Assembly: GCA_964652535.1 (NCBI GenBank)
Contig: CAZZDR010000002.1
Span: 14,839-53,725, forward strand
Direction: 5' to 3'
Length of the DNA: 38,887 nucleotides
Source of the DNA: an uncultured Hymenobacter sp.
GTDB lineage: Bacteria > Bacteroidota > Bacteroidia > Cytophagales > Hymenobacteraceae
Shown: positions 37,656 to 38,887 of the stretch, in pieces
Layout: each line of letters begins with the position of its first letter
Numbering within the stretch: the first letter of the stretch is position 1
Made by a program: the position numbers and the translations under genes
Notes under the pieces: generated by a model
What the model saw: only the letters and a program-made list of their open reading frames with translations
What the model was told of the DNA's origin: nothing
Databases searched by the model: none

Positions 37656-37877
37656 GGAGGTTGAGGGCTAGTTACCGCGCGCTGTTCGTACGTGGCTCAC
37701 AAATTAGCTGGCTTGAGAAAGGGCGCAAACGATTGCGAAGACCCCAGGTAGCGACTGAGCAGAAACCCTTGCTTAATATTGACCCCGGTAACGGCCGCAT
37801 CAGTTTGGTGCGGGCGCGCCGGCCGGGCTGCATTGCTTGCAGGGCCCGGCAGCTAACCTCAAAAGCCCACCTAAGTA

Positions 37878-38887
37878 ATGACCAAAATCAAAGTAGCCAA
37901 TCCCGTAGTAGAGCTCGATGGCGACGAGATGACGCGCATCATCTGGAAGTTTATCAAGGATAAGCTCATCACGCCTTACCTCGACCTCGACATTAAGTAT
38001 TATGACCTGGGCATCGAGTACCGCGACGAAACAAACGACCAGGTAACCATCGACTCGGCCAATGCCATCCGGCAGTACGGCGTAGGCATCAAGTGCGCCA
38101 CCATCACCCCCGACGAGGAGCGCGTGGCGGAGTTCGGCCTCAAGCAAATGTGGAAGTCGCCAAACGGCACCATCCGCAACATCCTAGACGGTACCGTATT
38201 CCGCGAGCCTATCGTGATGAGCAATGTGCCGCGCCTGGTACCCAACTGGACGGCCCCGATTTGCATCGGTCGCCACGCCTTCGGCGACCAGTACCGCGCC
38301 ACCGACTTCGTAACCAAGGGCAAGGGTAAGCTCACCATCACCTTTACACCCGAAGATGGCGGCGAGGTGCAGTCATTTGAAGTATTCAACTTCAAAAATG
38401 ACGGCGTGGCCCTGGCCATGTACAACACCGACGAGAGCATCCGGGGCTTTGCCCATGCCTGCTTCAACCAAGCCCTGATGAAGGGCTGGCCGCTGTACTT
38501 GAGCACTAAGAATACCATCCTGAAAAAGTACGATGGCCGCTTCAAGGACATCTTCCAGGAGATTTACGAGCAGGATTACCTGGCCAAGTTTAAGGAAGCC
38601 GACATCACCTACGAGCACCGCCTTATCGACGACATGGTGGCCTCGGCCCTCAAGTGGAACGGCAACTTCGTGTGGGCCTGCAAAAACTACGATGGCGACG
38701 TGCAGAGCGACACCGTAGCCCAAGGCTTCGGCTCGCTGGGCCTGATGACCTCGACGCTCGTGACGCCCGACGGCACCGTAATGGAAGCCGAAGCCGCCCA
38801 CGGCACCGTGACGCGCCACTACCGCGACCACCAGAAAGGCAAGCCCACCTCGACCAACCCTATCGCCAGCATCTTCGCTTGGACGCG
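37878..38887 (+). CDS. icd: NADP-dependent isocitrate dehydrogenase, type II dimeric (partial; runs off the right edge)
   Basis: Manual translation from ATG 37878: [23 protein letters not shown]...[12 protein letters not shown]...[13 protein letters not shown]...GRHAFGDQY...[11 protein letters not shown]...[13 protein letters not shown]. Confidence 0.97.
   Translation, partial: MTKIKVANPVVELDGDEMTRIIWKFIKDKLITPYLDLDIKYYDLGIEYRDETNDQVTIDSANAIRQYGVGIKCATITPDEERVAEFGLKQMWKSPNGTIRNILDGTVFREPIVMSNVPRLVPNWTAPICIGRHAFGDQYRATDFVTKGKGKLTITFTPEDGGEVQSFEVFNFKNDGVALAMYNTDESIRGFAHACFNQALMKGWPLYLSTKNTILKKYDGRFKDIFQEIYEQDYLAKFKEADITYEHRLIDDMVASALKWNGNFVWACKNYDGDVQSDTVAQGFGSLGLMTSTLVTPDGTVMEAEAAHGTVTRHYRDHQKGKPTSTNPIASIFAWT

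Noticed and set aside
37878..38887. Eukaryote-like IDH as possible horizontal transfer
   Set aside because: Type II NADP-IDH is widespread in bacteria, and codon usage matches the host

Overview
GC-rich Bacteroidota chromosomal segment, most like Hymenobacter or a related Cytophagales (inferred from gene set, synteny, TAnnTTTG promoters and lack of Shine-Dalgarno sites). It is almost entirely core genome. Minus-strand block, in coordinate order: a VanZ+M28-peptidase ORF (runs off the left edge), gcvH, sprA (T9SS translocon), ruvA, maeB, LysM lytic transglycosylase, gatA, two tatA, a MOP/Wzx-type flippase and an enoyl-CoA hydratase. Then mscL and a small secreted protein (+), and infB-nusA-rimP and ggt (-). 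A glycogen-flavoured region follows: GH13_8 glgB, a fluoride-type CLC, DUF1905/YdeI, a degenerate GT4-like protein and GH31. The window ends with a CDF transporter and a partial NADP-IDH. I saw no CRISPR, phage, transposase, tRNA or rRNA, and no clearly new multi-gene system. The best leads are a strongly over-represented GGGTAGGG motif, an in-frame VanZ-peptidase fusion, a candidate sRNA at about 17.4 kb, a GT4 pseudo-enzyme and prion-like TatA tails. All calls are by eye, without database searches.
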